A program made the translations under genes and the position numbers. The notes beneath the pieces were generated by a model, which was not told the origin of the DNA, searched no databases, and worked only from the letters and a program-made list of their open reading frames with translations. Positions 53,781-63,891 of a stretch of 64,000 nucleotides of DNA are shown piece after piece (positions within the stretch are counted from its first letter, which is position 1; the number at the start of each line of letters is the position of its first letter). Source of the stretch: Octopus sinensis (Eukaryota); the NCBI RefSeq assembly GCF_006345805.1, contig NC_043025.1:16678001-16742000 (forward strand), in the 5' to 3' direction.

Positions 53781-54009
53781 TATTTCTTTATTGTCCACAT
53801 GGGGCTAAACACAGAGGGGACAAACAAGGACAGACAAAGGGATTAAGTCGATTACATCGACCCCCAGTGCGTAACTGGTACTTAATTTATCGACCCCGAA
53901 AGGATGAGAGGTAAAGTCGACCTCGGCGGAACTTGAACTCACAACGTAACGGTAGACGAAATACGGCTACGCATTTCGCCCAGCGTGCTAACGTTTCTGC
54001 CAGCTTGCC
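53781..54009 (-). mobile_element. SINE family C (Nin/Deu-domain-like), 15-bp TSD
   Basis: Perfect TSD GAGAGGGTGTATATA (53766-53780, 54010-54024) and B box GAGTTCAAGTTCC. The core CCTCTCATCCTTTCGGGGTCGATAAATTAAGTACCAG resembles the Nin domain as recalled. Confidence 0.88.
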
Positions 54010-54340
54010 GAGAGGGTGTATATAGACAGTGCTGCTATATAGATGGTGTATAAAGATAGCGGCAGTATAAAGAAGGTGTGTATGGACAGAGATGGTATAG
54101 AGAGGGTGTATAATGGTGGTAGTGGTATGAAGAGAATGTGGATGGACAGTGGTGGTGTATAGGCAGTACTCTGTCACCATTGGTTACTCCTCGACAACAT
54201 CTACAGCATAAGCAACAACAACAAAGGCAACAACAACAAATACAACAGCAACAAGTACAACACCAACAACAACAACGACAACTACTACTACTACAACTAG
54301 CAGTACAACAACAAAGAACGATTGTATAAAGTGAGCAAAC

Positions 54341-54411
54341 CTTCTCTAGATTGTGTGCTAGCGTGTAGATTACTGATTTCTGTTTCAACGTTTTGAACTT
54401 GGAGCTGATTT
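54341..54411 (-). CDS. NF1: Neurofibromin exon d (71 bp): (E)ISSKFKTLKQKSVIYTLAHNLEK
   Basis: Acceptor tcgtttcag and donor gtttgc; phase 1 to 0, joining exons c and e in frame. Resembles the recalled human segment ETAFKFKALKKVAQLAVINSLEK. Confidence 0.92.
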
Positions 54412-54419
54412 CTGAAACG

Positions 54420-54452
<33 letters not shown>

Positions 54453-54710
54453 TTAATAATATTAATATTATTATTATTATTAATAATAATAATATTAATA
54501 ATAATATTAATAATAATAAATAATAATATTAATAATATTAATAATAATATTAATAATAATAATAATAATATTAATAATAATAATATTATAATAATAATAA
54601 TATAATAATAATATATTAATAATAATATAATATAATAATAATAATAATAATAATAATATTAATAATAATATAATAATATTAATAATATTATAATAATAAT
54701 AATAATATTA

Positions 54711-54754
<44 letters not shown>

Positions 54755-54817
54755 TATTATAATAATAATAATATTAATAATAATAATATTATATAATAAT
54801 ATATTAATAATAATAAT

Positions 54818-54851
<34 letters not shown>

Positions 54852-55092
54852 TTAATAATAATAATATTAATAATATAATAATATAATAATATATAATAAT
54901 AATAATAATAATAATATTAATATAATAATAATAATATTATTAATAATAATAATAATATTAATAATAATAATATAATAATATTAATATAATAATAATATAT
55001 AATAATAATATAATAATAATATTATTATAATAATAATAATATTAATAATAATAATAATATTAATAATAATAATAATAATAATATTAATAATA
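54420..55092. repeat. ~670-bp interrupted (TAA)n microsatellite
   Basis: Pure A/T tract of TAA with TATTAA/TATAA interruptions. Confidence 0.98.
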
Positions 55093-55651
55093 AATGCCCT
55101 GATGCAGTACCAGGCAGTGACTCTCATGGCTTCTGATCTTAACTGATTGGAAGTGTTATCATGTACATTGTTTTGTCTTGGTATAAAAGATGGGCTACAG
55201 CAAATATTCTGCTCAATACCACAGATTTGCTTGTCAGTTGTTTGACCTTAACCAGTTGAGCATGTCCCTTAGTGGCTGACGATATGTGCATCTCTGATCA
55301 CGAGCAGAAGTAGTGGGGGAGCATCATAGCCATGTGTTGAGAAGGATTCTTTGGGGTTTGAATAATTCACCTCTGGAAACATGGGTGTTTCGTTCAACGT
55401 CCTTAAACAACCCTTATTCAGGGACCTTTTGAGCGGGATGGGTTACTCGATCTGAAGAAAATTCTAACTGGGCTCCACCTGCAAGGTCATGTGCTGTTTA
55501 TCTTGATATGAGATCACCATGTCGCGCACATATGGTTGTGATGCATGTGCCTGGTGTACCCTTATCAGACGTGTAGTGATGATGGGTATACTGGGCTTCG
55601 TATATTTTACCCCAGTGTCACTTTGATGGCATGCTCTGCTCGCTCACTCAT
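55093..55651 (+). mobile_element. Non-LTR retroelement 3' end with (TAA)n tail, copy 1
   Basis: Ends CTCACTCA+(TAA)n. A second copy shares the 3' end but has a different 5' truncation. Confidence 0.72.
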
Positions 55652-55742
55652 TAATAATAATAATAATATTAATAATAATAATATTAATAATAATATTAAT
55701 AATAATATTAATAATAATAATAATAATATTAATATTAATAAT

Positions 55743-55775
<33 letters not shown>

Positions 55776-55780
<5 letters not shown>

Positions 55781-56244
55781 GATGGGCTACAGCAAATATT
55801 CTGCTCAATACCACAGATTTGCTTGTCAGTTGTTTGACCTTAACCAGTTGAGCATGTCCCTTAGTGGCTGACGATATATGTATCTCTGATCACGAGCAGA
55901 AGTAGTGGGGGAGCATAATAGCCATGTGTTGAGAGGGATTCTTTGGTGTTAGAATAATTCACCTCTGGAAACATGGGTGTTTCGTTCAACATCCTTAAAC
56001 AACCCTTATTCAGGGACCTTTTGAGTGGCATGAGTTACTCGACCAGAAGAAAATTCTAACAGGGCCCTACCTGCAAGGTCATGTGCTGTTTATCTTGATA
56101 TGAGATCACCATGTCGCGCACATATGGTTGTGATGCATGTGCCTGGTGTACCCTTATCAGACGAGTAGTCATGAAGGGTATACTGGGCTTTGTATATTTT
56201 TACCCCAGTGTCACTTTGATGGCATGCACTGCTCTCTCACTCAA
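55776..56244 (+). mobile_element. Non-LTR retroelement 3' end with (TAA)n tail, copy 2
   Basis: Starts at TAAAAGATGGGCTACAGC and aligns to 55184-55651 with scattered substitutions. Confidence 0.72.
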
Positions 56245-56282
56245 TAATAATAATAATAATAATATATTAATAATAATATTAA

Positions 56283-57408
56283 CCCTTTTGTTACCAAACT
56301 GCCCGAAAAAAATTTTGGTTAATGTGACCAAACCACCCAAACCCGCCCGAATTTACCTATTCATATTTAAATGAGAATATCAGAGCAAATCTCTTTAGTA
56401 CATTCGTGAAAACACGTATAATACTTCGTAAACAGTTCAACTACAGTTTTGTACAAAGATCGACGTGTAATTTTAATTCCCTGAATTTTGGGAGATTTTT
56501 TTCCACATTTTTTTCAGCATCGATTTTTCTTCAACTTTGAAAATGGATAGGAGTTTCATGTTATCAAGCATTGATTCCAAATTGGAAAATTTGTGAAACA
56601 AATACTGGGTACTGTTGTGGATTTAGTTTTTATACAGGGAAACTAATGTTAGTCAGCATGGCTTAGGGTATGTGGTCTGGAAGTTATTGTTTGAAGCGAT
56701 CAATGCGGAAACAAACTTACGCAGAACGTAAACAAACACAAAATGGGGGTTCAAATTTCGGAAAATTTGTGAAGCAAATACTGGGTACTGCATGGATTTA
56801 GTTTTTATACAGGGAAAATAATGTTAGTCAGCATGGCCTAGGGAACGATGTGGTCTGGAATTTATCACTTCCATACCATAACCAGGGCCGTATATTATTT
56901 TTTGACCGATTTCTTTAGTTTGGTCAAACTTACGGTGGATTCCACTATTTCACTTTATTCCACCTTTATGGTACACCTGTTGTGCATTAAATTCAACTGA
57001 TGATATAGTGATGTGCACAATTCTTCTTTATCAAAATTTTGTTGCATACCCATTTGAATATTAGCTGATGATTCATTTTCTATGGTGATGTTTAAACAAA
57101 ATTTTAATATTTTTACCTTTTGCTCATTTTAAAATTTTTATATTTTTACCTTTTGCTCATTTTAAAATTTTTATATTTTTACCTTTTGCTCGATTTACCT
57201 GTAATTAAAGTCACTTTGAGACAAAAGTTATGCAATAGAATTGATTAAGAACCCTTTCTTTAATTATGTTCCAAATATCACATTAAAATGTTGATAAGTA
57301 AAAAAGTTACAGTTATTTAATGAAACAAGCCTAGATTCATGATTATTTTAGAATTAAATTGAAACTCATGAGGGGTGTATTTTGGTCAGAAATATAGTAA
57401 AGAAAGGG
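56283..57408 (+). mobile_element. 1.1-kb non-autonomous piggyBac-type element related to MITE family A
   Basis: TTAA|CCCTTTTGTTACCAA...CAGAAATATAGTAAAGAAAGGG|TTAA. Contains a ~100-bp internal duplication (~56584 and ~56760) and ~32-bp tandem units at ~57100-57190. No transposase ORF. Confidence 0.82.
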
Positions 57409-57534
57409 TTAATAATAATAATAATATATAATAATAATAATCCTTACTACTATAAGCACAAGGCCTGAAATTTGGGGGGAGGGACCAGTCGACTACTTCA
57501 ACCCCAGTGTGCAACTGGTACTTAATTTACCATG

Positions 57535-57729
57535 TATGTGTGTGTGTGTTTGTGTGTCTGTGTTTGTTCCCCTAGCATTGCTTGACAACCGATGCTGGTG
57601 TGTTTATGTCCCGTCCTTAGCGGTTCAGCAAAAAAGAGACCGATAGAATAAGTCCCGGGGTCGATTTGCTCGATTAAAGGTGGTGCTCCAACATGGCCGC
57701 AGTCAAATGACTGAAACAAGTAAAAGAGT
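57535..57729 (+). mobile_element. SINE family A 3' part
   Basis: Matches 46450-46645. Confidence 0.8.
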
Positions 57730-57744
57730 ATGTGTCTGGTTGTG

Positions 57745-58070
57745 AAGGCATGTGGCTTTGAGGCGAGGATATTCAGTTTACAATCATAAGATCATGAGTT
57801 CAATTCCTGGCAGCAGATTTTGTGTCCTTGAGCAAGACACTTCATTTCTCATTGATCCCCTCCATTCAACTGGCAAAAATGAGTTGTACCTGTATTTGAA
57901 AGGGCCACCCCCATCACACTCTATGTCATGGTGAATCTCCCTGAGAACTACAATAAGAGTACCCGTGTCTGTGGAGTGCTCAGCCGCCTGCAGTTAATTT
58001 CATGAGCAAGCTGTTCCATTGATCAGACGGATCAGCTGGATGCACCCACCATCATAACTGACGGAGAGCT
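57745..58070 (+). mobile_element. Older, diverged SINE related to family B
   Basis: GAGTTCAATTCC B box and GTCTGTGGAGTGCTCAGCC 3' segment; a similar fragment lies at ~43660-43790. Confidence 0.65.
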
Positions 58071-58114
58071 AGGCCATGTGTCTGCGGTATGTATGTGTGT
58101 ATGCATGTATACTA

Positions 58115-58919
58115 TTTTTACTCTTTTACTTGTTTCAGTCAGTTGACTGTGGCCATGCTGGAGCACCGCCTTTAATCGAGCAACTCGACCCCGGGACTTA
58201 TTCTTTTTTGTAAGCCCAGTACTTATTCTATCGGTCCCTTTTGCCGAACTGCTAAGTAACGGGGACATAAACACATCAGCATCGGTTGTCAAGCAATGCT
58301 AGGGGACAAACACAGACACACAAACACATATATATATTTTTTTTAGAAGCACTCTGTCAGTTACGATGACGAGGGTTCCGGTTGATCCGAATCAACGGAA
58401 CAGCCTGCTCGTGAAATTAACGTGTAAGTGGCTGAGCACTCCACAGACACGTGTACCCTTAACGTAGTTCTCGGGGATATTCAGCGTGACACAGAGAGTG
58501 ACAAGGCCGGCCCCTTGAAATACAGGTACAACAGAAACAGGAAGTAAGAGTGAGAGAAAGTTGTGGTGAAAGAGTACAGGAGGGATCACCACCATCCCCT
58601 GCCGGAGCCTCGTGGAGCTTTTAGGTATTTTCGCTCAATAAACACTCACAACGCCCGGTCTGAGAATCAAAACCGCAATCCTATGACCACGAGTCCGCTG
58701 CCCTAACCACTGGGCCATTGCACCTCCACACACACATATATACATATACATATATACGACGGACTTCTTTCAGTTTCCGTCTACCAAATCCACTCACAAG
58801 GCTTTGGTCAGCCCAAGGCTATAGCAGAAGACACTTGCCCAAGGTGCCATGCAGTGGGACTGAACCCGGCACCATGTGGTTGGTAAGCAAGCTTCTTACC
58901 ACACAGCCACTCCTGTGCC
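58115..58919 (-). mobile_element. SINE family A, split at its internal microsatellite by family B
   Basis: 3' part at 58115-58335 and head at 58730-58919. Confidence 0.85.
58347..58729 (-). mobile_element. SINE family B, full length
   Basis: Reverse complement of 50533-50913 with high similarity. Confidence 0.92.
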
Positions 58920-59256
58920 TATGTGTGTGTGTGTATGCATGTACATATGTGTTTGTGTGCACATGCATGTATATGTGTATCTTTTCAACAAGGCACATAG
59001 GCAAGAGATATAAGGATTCAACAAAAAAACAAAACAAAAAAATAAAACTGGTACTTTCAAACTAAGTCCCTTGTAATTTTTGTTCTGCACGAAGTTACAG
59101 ATACTCCCTTGGCAGAAATAAACTAAAGAACTGTAACTAAGGATACTGTTGTTCACTAAATGTGATACAAACAGAGGGAAACAGAAATAAATGTGTAACA
59201 TATTCAATTTAATTAATGCATAGTGTATCATCATCATCATCATCATCATCATTTAA

Positions 59257-59477
59257 CCCTTTCGTTACTGTATTTCTGTTGAGATGCTCTGTGTTTCTTT
59301 CAATTATTTTAAACATAAAAAAGAATTTAGTAAAATAACTTAGTTATCATTCAGCTAGTGTTAGGAACGTAAATTGTGACTAAGGCTTGGTGGAATATTT
59401 TAATTCAAAACTTATGAAAACAAGACATTTGTACTACAGAGCCAGAGCCGGTTTTGGCTGGGTTAGTAACAAAAAGG
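59257..59477 (-). mobile_element. piggyBac-type MITE family A, inserted at the TTAA next to an RTE (TCA)n tail
   Basis: (TCA)n-T-TTAA|CCCTTTC...AAAAGG|TTAA-CATGTCTTTCATGCTGGCATGG; the host continues on both sides. Confidence 0.85.
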
Positions 59478-59817
59478 TTAACATGTCTTTCATGCTGGCA
59501 TGGTTGGACATTTTGTTGACAGATCCCAAACCTTTATCATGCTTCGGTGTCATCTTTGGCATGGTTTCTACAGCTGGATGCTCTTCCCGATGTCAACCAC
59601 TTGATAGTGCGGACTGAGTACTTTTTTTCTGTGAAAGCAGCACTGGCGAGACCACCGTGTGGCTTGCAAGAGCACAAAATCCAGGGGGTGAGGGGTGAAT
59701 GCTTAAATGTCAGGAGACGAGGGGTTAAAGCATGACAGGAGGAGAGAGGGAACCAAGCAGGTTTTTGTTGTGCAGCATTACATCTGATAGAGTAACCGGA
59801 ATGTTAAACGGTTTGCA

Positions 59818-60248
59818 CTTTAGCAAGTAAACTGGCCACGTCCGACCCAAATATTCTGCCTGTTCTAAGTTCAAACTGGCCAGATCCAGCCTCTCGTACC
59901 TACCTTACAATGTCACTCTCAGAATAAACACAAATCATTGAAATCCCAATGCTACTAGATAATACACAATTAATTCTAAACAATGTGGATAAATAAGGAT
60001 TAGATTTGACAGATTAACCCTTTAGTGTTCAGATTACTCTGTTAAATATAATACTTTTTCACTCAAATTGTTTTGAATTAATCCTGGATCATCTTACAGC
60101 TTTGAGGTTTCAATGATGTGATTACTTATTTTTAGAATGGCATTGTAGGGTAGGTGTGAGAGGCTAGACATCGCCAGTTTGAATATAAAACATGTAGAAT
60201 ATATTGGGCCAGTTTAAACACTAAAGGGTTAATTTAGATGTTAAAGGG
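59818..60248. mobile_element. MITE family B containing an inverted family B copy (60018-60228)
   Basis: Inner TTAA|CCCTTTAGTGTT...AACACTAAAGGG|TTAA. The outer copy ends GATGTTAAAGGG|TTAA. Confidence 0.75.
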
Positions 60249-61106
60249 TTAACAATTTCATTCCTGTTCCTCCCCCCCAGCCACTTCTATCCCACCCCTC
60301 TCACCCTACCCACACACTATAATGATATTTCCCAAACTTCCACCTTTGTTTATCCTTCACATCATTCACTTCTTCCTCAGTTTCTCTCCATCTCTCCCCT
60401 CATGTCACCTTGTGTCTTGAGATGCTCTGGCATCCACTCACTACCACATCTATCTTCTTTCCAGCCACTTCCAGCCACCCCTATAAAATGCTGGGTAGCC
60501 ATGTATCTCCTCTATAGCAAGACAACTTAGACAGTCCCCTGTCATACCTTTTAGCCCCTCAAAATTCTCCCCACCTCTCAATATCCCTCCCTCTCACACT
60601 TAGTCATGCAAACTCTTTCGTTTCCTTTATTATCCTTTTCCTTTCCCTCTACTGTATTTTCTTGTCTTGCAAGTTACTCAGCACCCCACCACCACCACCA
60701 CTGATGTCACTGTAAAATGGTTGATGTTAGGAAGGGCATCCATCTAGAGAAACCATACGAAAGGTGACACTGAAGTTCAATGCAGCTCTGCGACGAGCCA
60801 GCTCCTCCCTCCTACACTTAGCCACGAGAACCTTTTTCCTTTCCCCGCTCTACTGTACCTTTTTGCAACTTACTTGGCAACCCCACTGGTGCTGGTGCCA
60901 CAAAAAAAAAGTATCCAGTACATTTTGTAGAATGGTTGAATTTAGGAAGGGCATCCAGCCATAGGAACCGTGCCAAAACAGACATTTGAGCTCAATACAG
61001 CCCTGTGGATTGCCAGCTCCAATCAAACTGACTCAAGCCAGCATGAAAATCAGATGATGATGATGTGTTGAAGAATTTAATCAATGTTTGAAGCATGTGA
61101 CGTTAC

Positions 61107-61213
61107 CGTTTAACAACTTAATAAGTCGTATCATGTCAACATTTATGTGTTGTATCAAGTCCAAATCTGAGAGATCTGACTGGTCCTCACTACACGTTGA
61201 TAAGGTCGTTAAT
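61107..61213 (-). CDS. NF1: Neurofibromin exon c (107 bp): (R)LTTLSTCSEDQSDLSDLDLIQHINVDMIRLIKLLN
   Basis: Acceptor cccatttcag and donor gtaacg; phase 2 to 1. Resembles the recalled human segment RLQELTVCSEDNVDVHDIELLQYINVDCAKLKRLLK. Confidence 0.95.
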
Positions 61214-61421
61214 CTGAAATGGGAAATAAGGAGAAACATGAGTGAAGGCAGAGGGAATAGTGGGAGGCGGGGGGGGGAACAGACAGAGACAACAGGGGAG
61301 GGAGAGAAGGAGGCAACCAGACATAGGAATAAATAGATGTAAGCACGAGAGAAAGAGATGGATGAGTGGATGGTCGGATGAACAGGCAGAAAGACAGGTA
61401 GATGGATAGGTAGATGGATAG

Positions 61422-61691
61422 GGCAAACATAAAGAATGTGGAGCGCACCCCATTTTGTTTTTTTTTTTTTTACAGAATCCCCCATTTTCGAGTATGGAGA
61501 TTCTGATTTTGCAAAAAAAAAAAAAAAAAAAAAATGGCATTTTAAAATTTTAACTTTAACTATCATTGCTGGGGGAATTAAAATTTTAAAATGCTGGGGG
61601 TTTTTTTTTGCAGAATCAGAATATCTGTACTCGAAAATGGCGGATTCTTTAAAAAAGGGGGGGGGGGCAGTCCTTGTTCTTTACGTCTGCC
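61422..61691. mobile_element. ~270-bp foldback (palindromic) element
   Basis: GGCAAACATAAAGAA...AGAATCCCCCATTTTCGAGTA...GCATTTTAAAATTTTAA is mirrored by TTAAAATTTTAAAATGC...TACTCGAAAATGGCGGATTCT...TTCTTTACGTCTGCC. Confidence 0.8.
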
Positions 61692-62054
61692 AATAGATAG
61701 ACAGACAGCGAGAGAGAGAGTAGACAGACTGACTGAGTGATAGCTGGACAGAGAGAGGATAAATAGATAGATAACCTTCAGAGCTGGGTTGGCTGTTACA
61801 CGACCTTTACTGGAAGCAATAGCTTGGTTGGATAGATGAAGCCCTTGTAAATCTGAGTGGAGAGCAAGGCGCATCACAAGGCAACCGAAGCAGATTACAA
61901 CACACCAGACCAAAGCAAAATACACACCACTCCAAACTATATCACCACCACCATGTCATCACCAGAGAAGGAGAAGAAGGAGGAGGACGAGGAGGAGGAA
62001 AAGAAGAAGACGAAGAAGAAAGAAAGGAAAAGAAAGAAAGAAAGAAAGACATAC

Positions 62055-62176
62055 CGTGCTGAAATTCTGTGAAAGACAGCTGTGAAGTTATTTTGACTGA
62101 GAGCATATAAGACTTTGGAAGCTAAGGTTTTCAGCTGTAGGGCAAGGGGCGTGGTTTCTGTGGACCAGTTAAGACA
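62055..62176 (-). CDS. NF1: Neurofibromin exon b (122 bp): CLNWSTETTPLALQLKTLASKVLYALSQNNFTAVFHRISA(R)
   Basis: Acceptor tttttcag and donor gtatgt; phase 0 to 2. Resembles the recalled human segment ...ELRNSASGVLFSLSCNNFNAVFSRISTR. Confidence 0.95.
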
Positions 62177-62239
62177 CTGAAAAAGATAGGAAATAATAAG
62201 GACAACAGCAACAACAGCAATAATAATAATAATAATAAT

Positions 62240-63080
62240 AATGGTTTCAAATTTTGCCACAAGAGCAGCAGTTTTGCGGGAGGGAATGAGTCGATTACAT
62301 CGACCTCCCCAGTGCATAACTGGTACTTATTTTATCAACTCCAAAAGGATGATAGGCAAAGTCGACCTCAGCGGAATTTGAACTTAGAACGGGGCGACAG
62401 TCAAAATACCACAAAGCATTTTGTCCAGTGTGCTAACAACTCTGCCAGCTCACTGCCTTCAATAATAATAATAATCCTTTCAGCTGGAAGCACAAGGCCT
62501 CAAATTTGGGGGAAGGGATTAAGTCCATTACATCAGCCCCAGTACATAACTGGTATTTTATTTAATTAAGGCACCAGGCTGGCAGAATCATTAGCATGCC
62601 GGGCGAAATGCTTAGCGGTATTTCATCTGCCGCTACGTTCTGAGTTCAAATTCCGCCGAGGTCGATTTTGCCTTTCATCCTTTCGGGGTCGATTAGATAA
62701 GTACCAGTTACGCACTGGGGTCGATATAATCGACTTAATCCATTTGTCTGTCCTTGTTTGTCCTCTCTGCGTTTAGCCCCTTGTGGGTAGTAAAGAAATA
62801 GGTATTTAATTTATTGACCCTGAAAGGGTGAAAATCAAAGTCCACCTCAGCAGAATTTGAACACTGAACATAAATATGAACTAAATGCCACAAAACATTT
62901 TCTCTGGTATGCTAGGCAAAGTTGACCTCAGCAGAATTTGAACCCAGAATGGTAAGAGCCAGGGCAAATACCACAAATCAAGCATTTTTTCCTGATGCTC
63001 TGGCTACAAATTTTGGCACAAGACCAGGAGAGGGAAGCAAGACAATTACAGTGACCCCCACTACATGAAAGGTACTTTAC
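62240..63080. mobile_element. Cluster of family C SINEs and fragments (full + copy 62570-62800; minus copies 62240-62460 and others)
   Basis: GCCTTTCATCCTTTCGGGGTCGA core and GAGTTCAAATTC B box in both orientations. Confidence 0.8.
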
Positions 63081-63160
63081 TGACCCTCTTCCCAAAAAAC
63101 ATGAAGGGTTTCTATGCTATCTTCTAGAGTCAATATGTAACAAGGAAGCCATGTCAGAAA

Positions 63161-63340
63161 TCATCATCTTTTAACGTCCGTTTTCCGTGCTAGCACAGGT
63201 TGGACGGTTTGACCGGGGTCTGGGAAGCCAGGGGCTGCACCAGGCTCCAGTTTGATCTGGCAGTGCTTCTACAGCTGGATGCCCTTCCTAACGCCAACTA
63301 CTCCGCAAGTGTAGTGGGTGTTTTTTACGTGCCACCGGCA
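63161..63340 (-). mobile_element. RTE 3'-end family copy
   Basis: TCATCATC-TTTTAACGTCCGTTTTCC...GGATGCCCTTCCTAACGCCAAC. Confidence 0.83.
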
Positions 63341-63495
63341 ATAACAAGCCAAATCTCCCTTGAATTACACTTTTATTTTCCCATTTTCTCAAGCCCTGGG
63401 GGTTACAATACTTGATTAAGTTTGCTCCATCAGGGCCTCCTGACTTGAAGCTAAACAACAACAACAACATCATGAATATTAAAGAAAAGACTTAC

Positions 63496-63564
63496 TTTAC
63501 AAATTTCAGGCAGTAGCAGCTTCACATACATAGCTTCATCTAATCGGCTTGTGTCTTTGGGTTG
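63496..63564 (-). CDS. NF1: Neurofibromin exon a (69 bp): QPKDTSRLDEAMYVKLLLPEICK; upstream exons lie beyond the right edge
   Basis: Acceptor tgtctccag and donor gtaagt; phase 0 to 0. Resembles the recalled human segment QPKDTMRLDETMLVKQLLPEICH. Confidence 0.96.
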
Positions 63565-63615
63565 CTGGAGACAAGAGAAAATAGATGCATGGGTACAGGT
63601 GTGTGTGTGTGTGTA

Positions 63616-63655
<40 letters not shown>

Positions 63656-63802
63656 TACAAGCAATTAAGATTCAAGTGAGTTCTGTTGAATTCACATGAA
63701 TATGGTACTTGACTTGGATGCACCAGAAATCTATATGGTGTTAACCATACGACAAAGTGGGGTGATTACAAATAGGAAAAAAGCAACAAGAATGGATCAA
63801 TA

Positions 63803-63891
63803 TTTCGGTACAATTGTTTCATACGAAGACATCTTTAATAAGGCTACAAAAATTGCAGTAAATATAGGTGACTCGTACTCATCAGCCGAAA
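63803..63891 (-). ncRNA. Type I hammerhead ribozyme with minimal palindromic helix III, intact core
   Basis: Minus strand: TTTCGG-CTGATGA-GTACGA-[~46-nt loop]-TCGTAT-GAAAC-AATT-GTA-CCGAAA. Helix I has 6 bp and helix II has 6 bp; predicted cleavage falls between 63809 and 63808. Confidence 0.9.

Noticed and set aside
50865-54605. Poly-D/N, poly-Q, poly-C and poly-I ORFs
   Set aside because: Trinucleotide repeats. Only the embedded NF1 exons with splice sites are supported.
55095-55115. CTGATG motif as a fourth hammerhead
   Set aside because: It reads CTGATGC, with no downstream GAAA-helix III-NUH arrangement.
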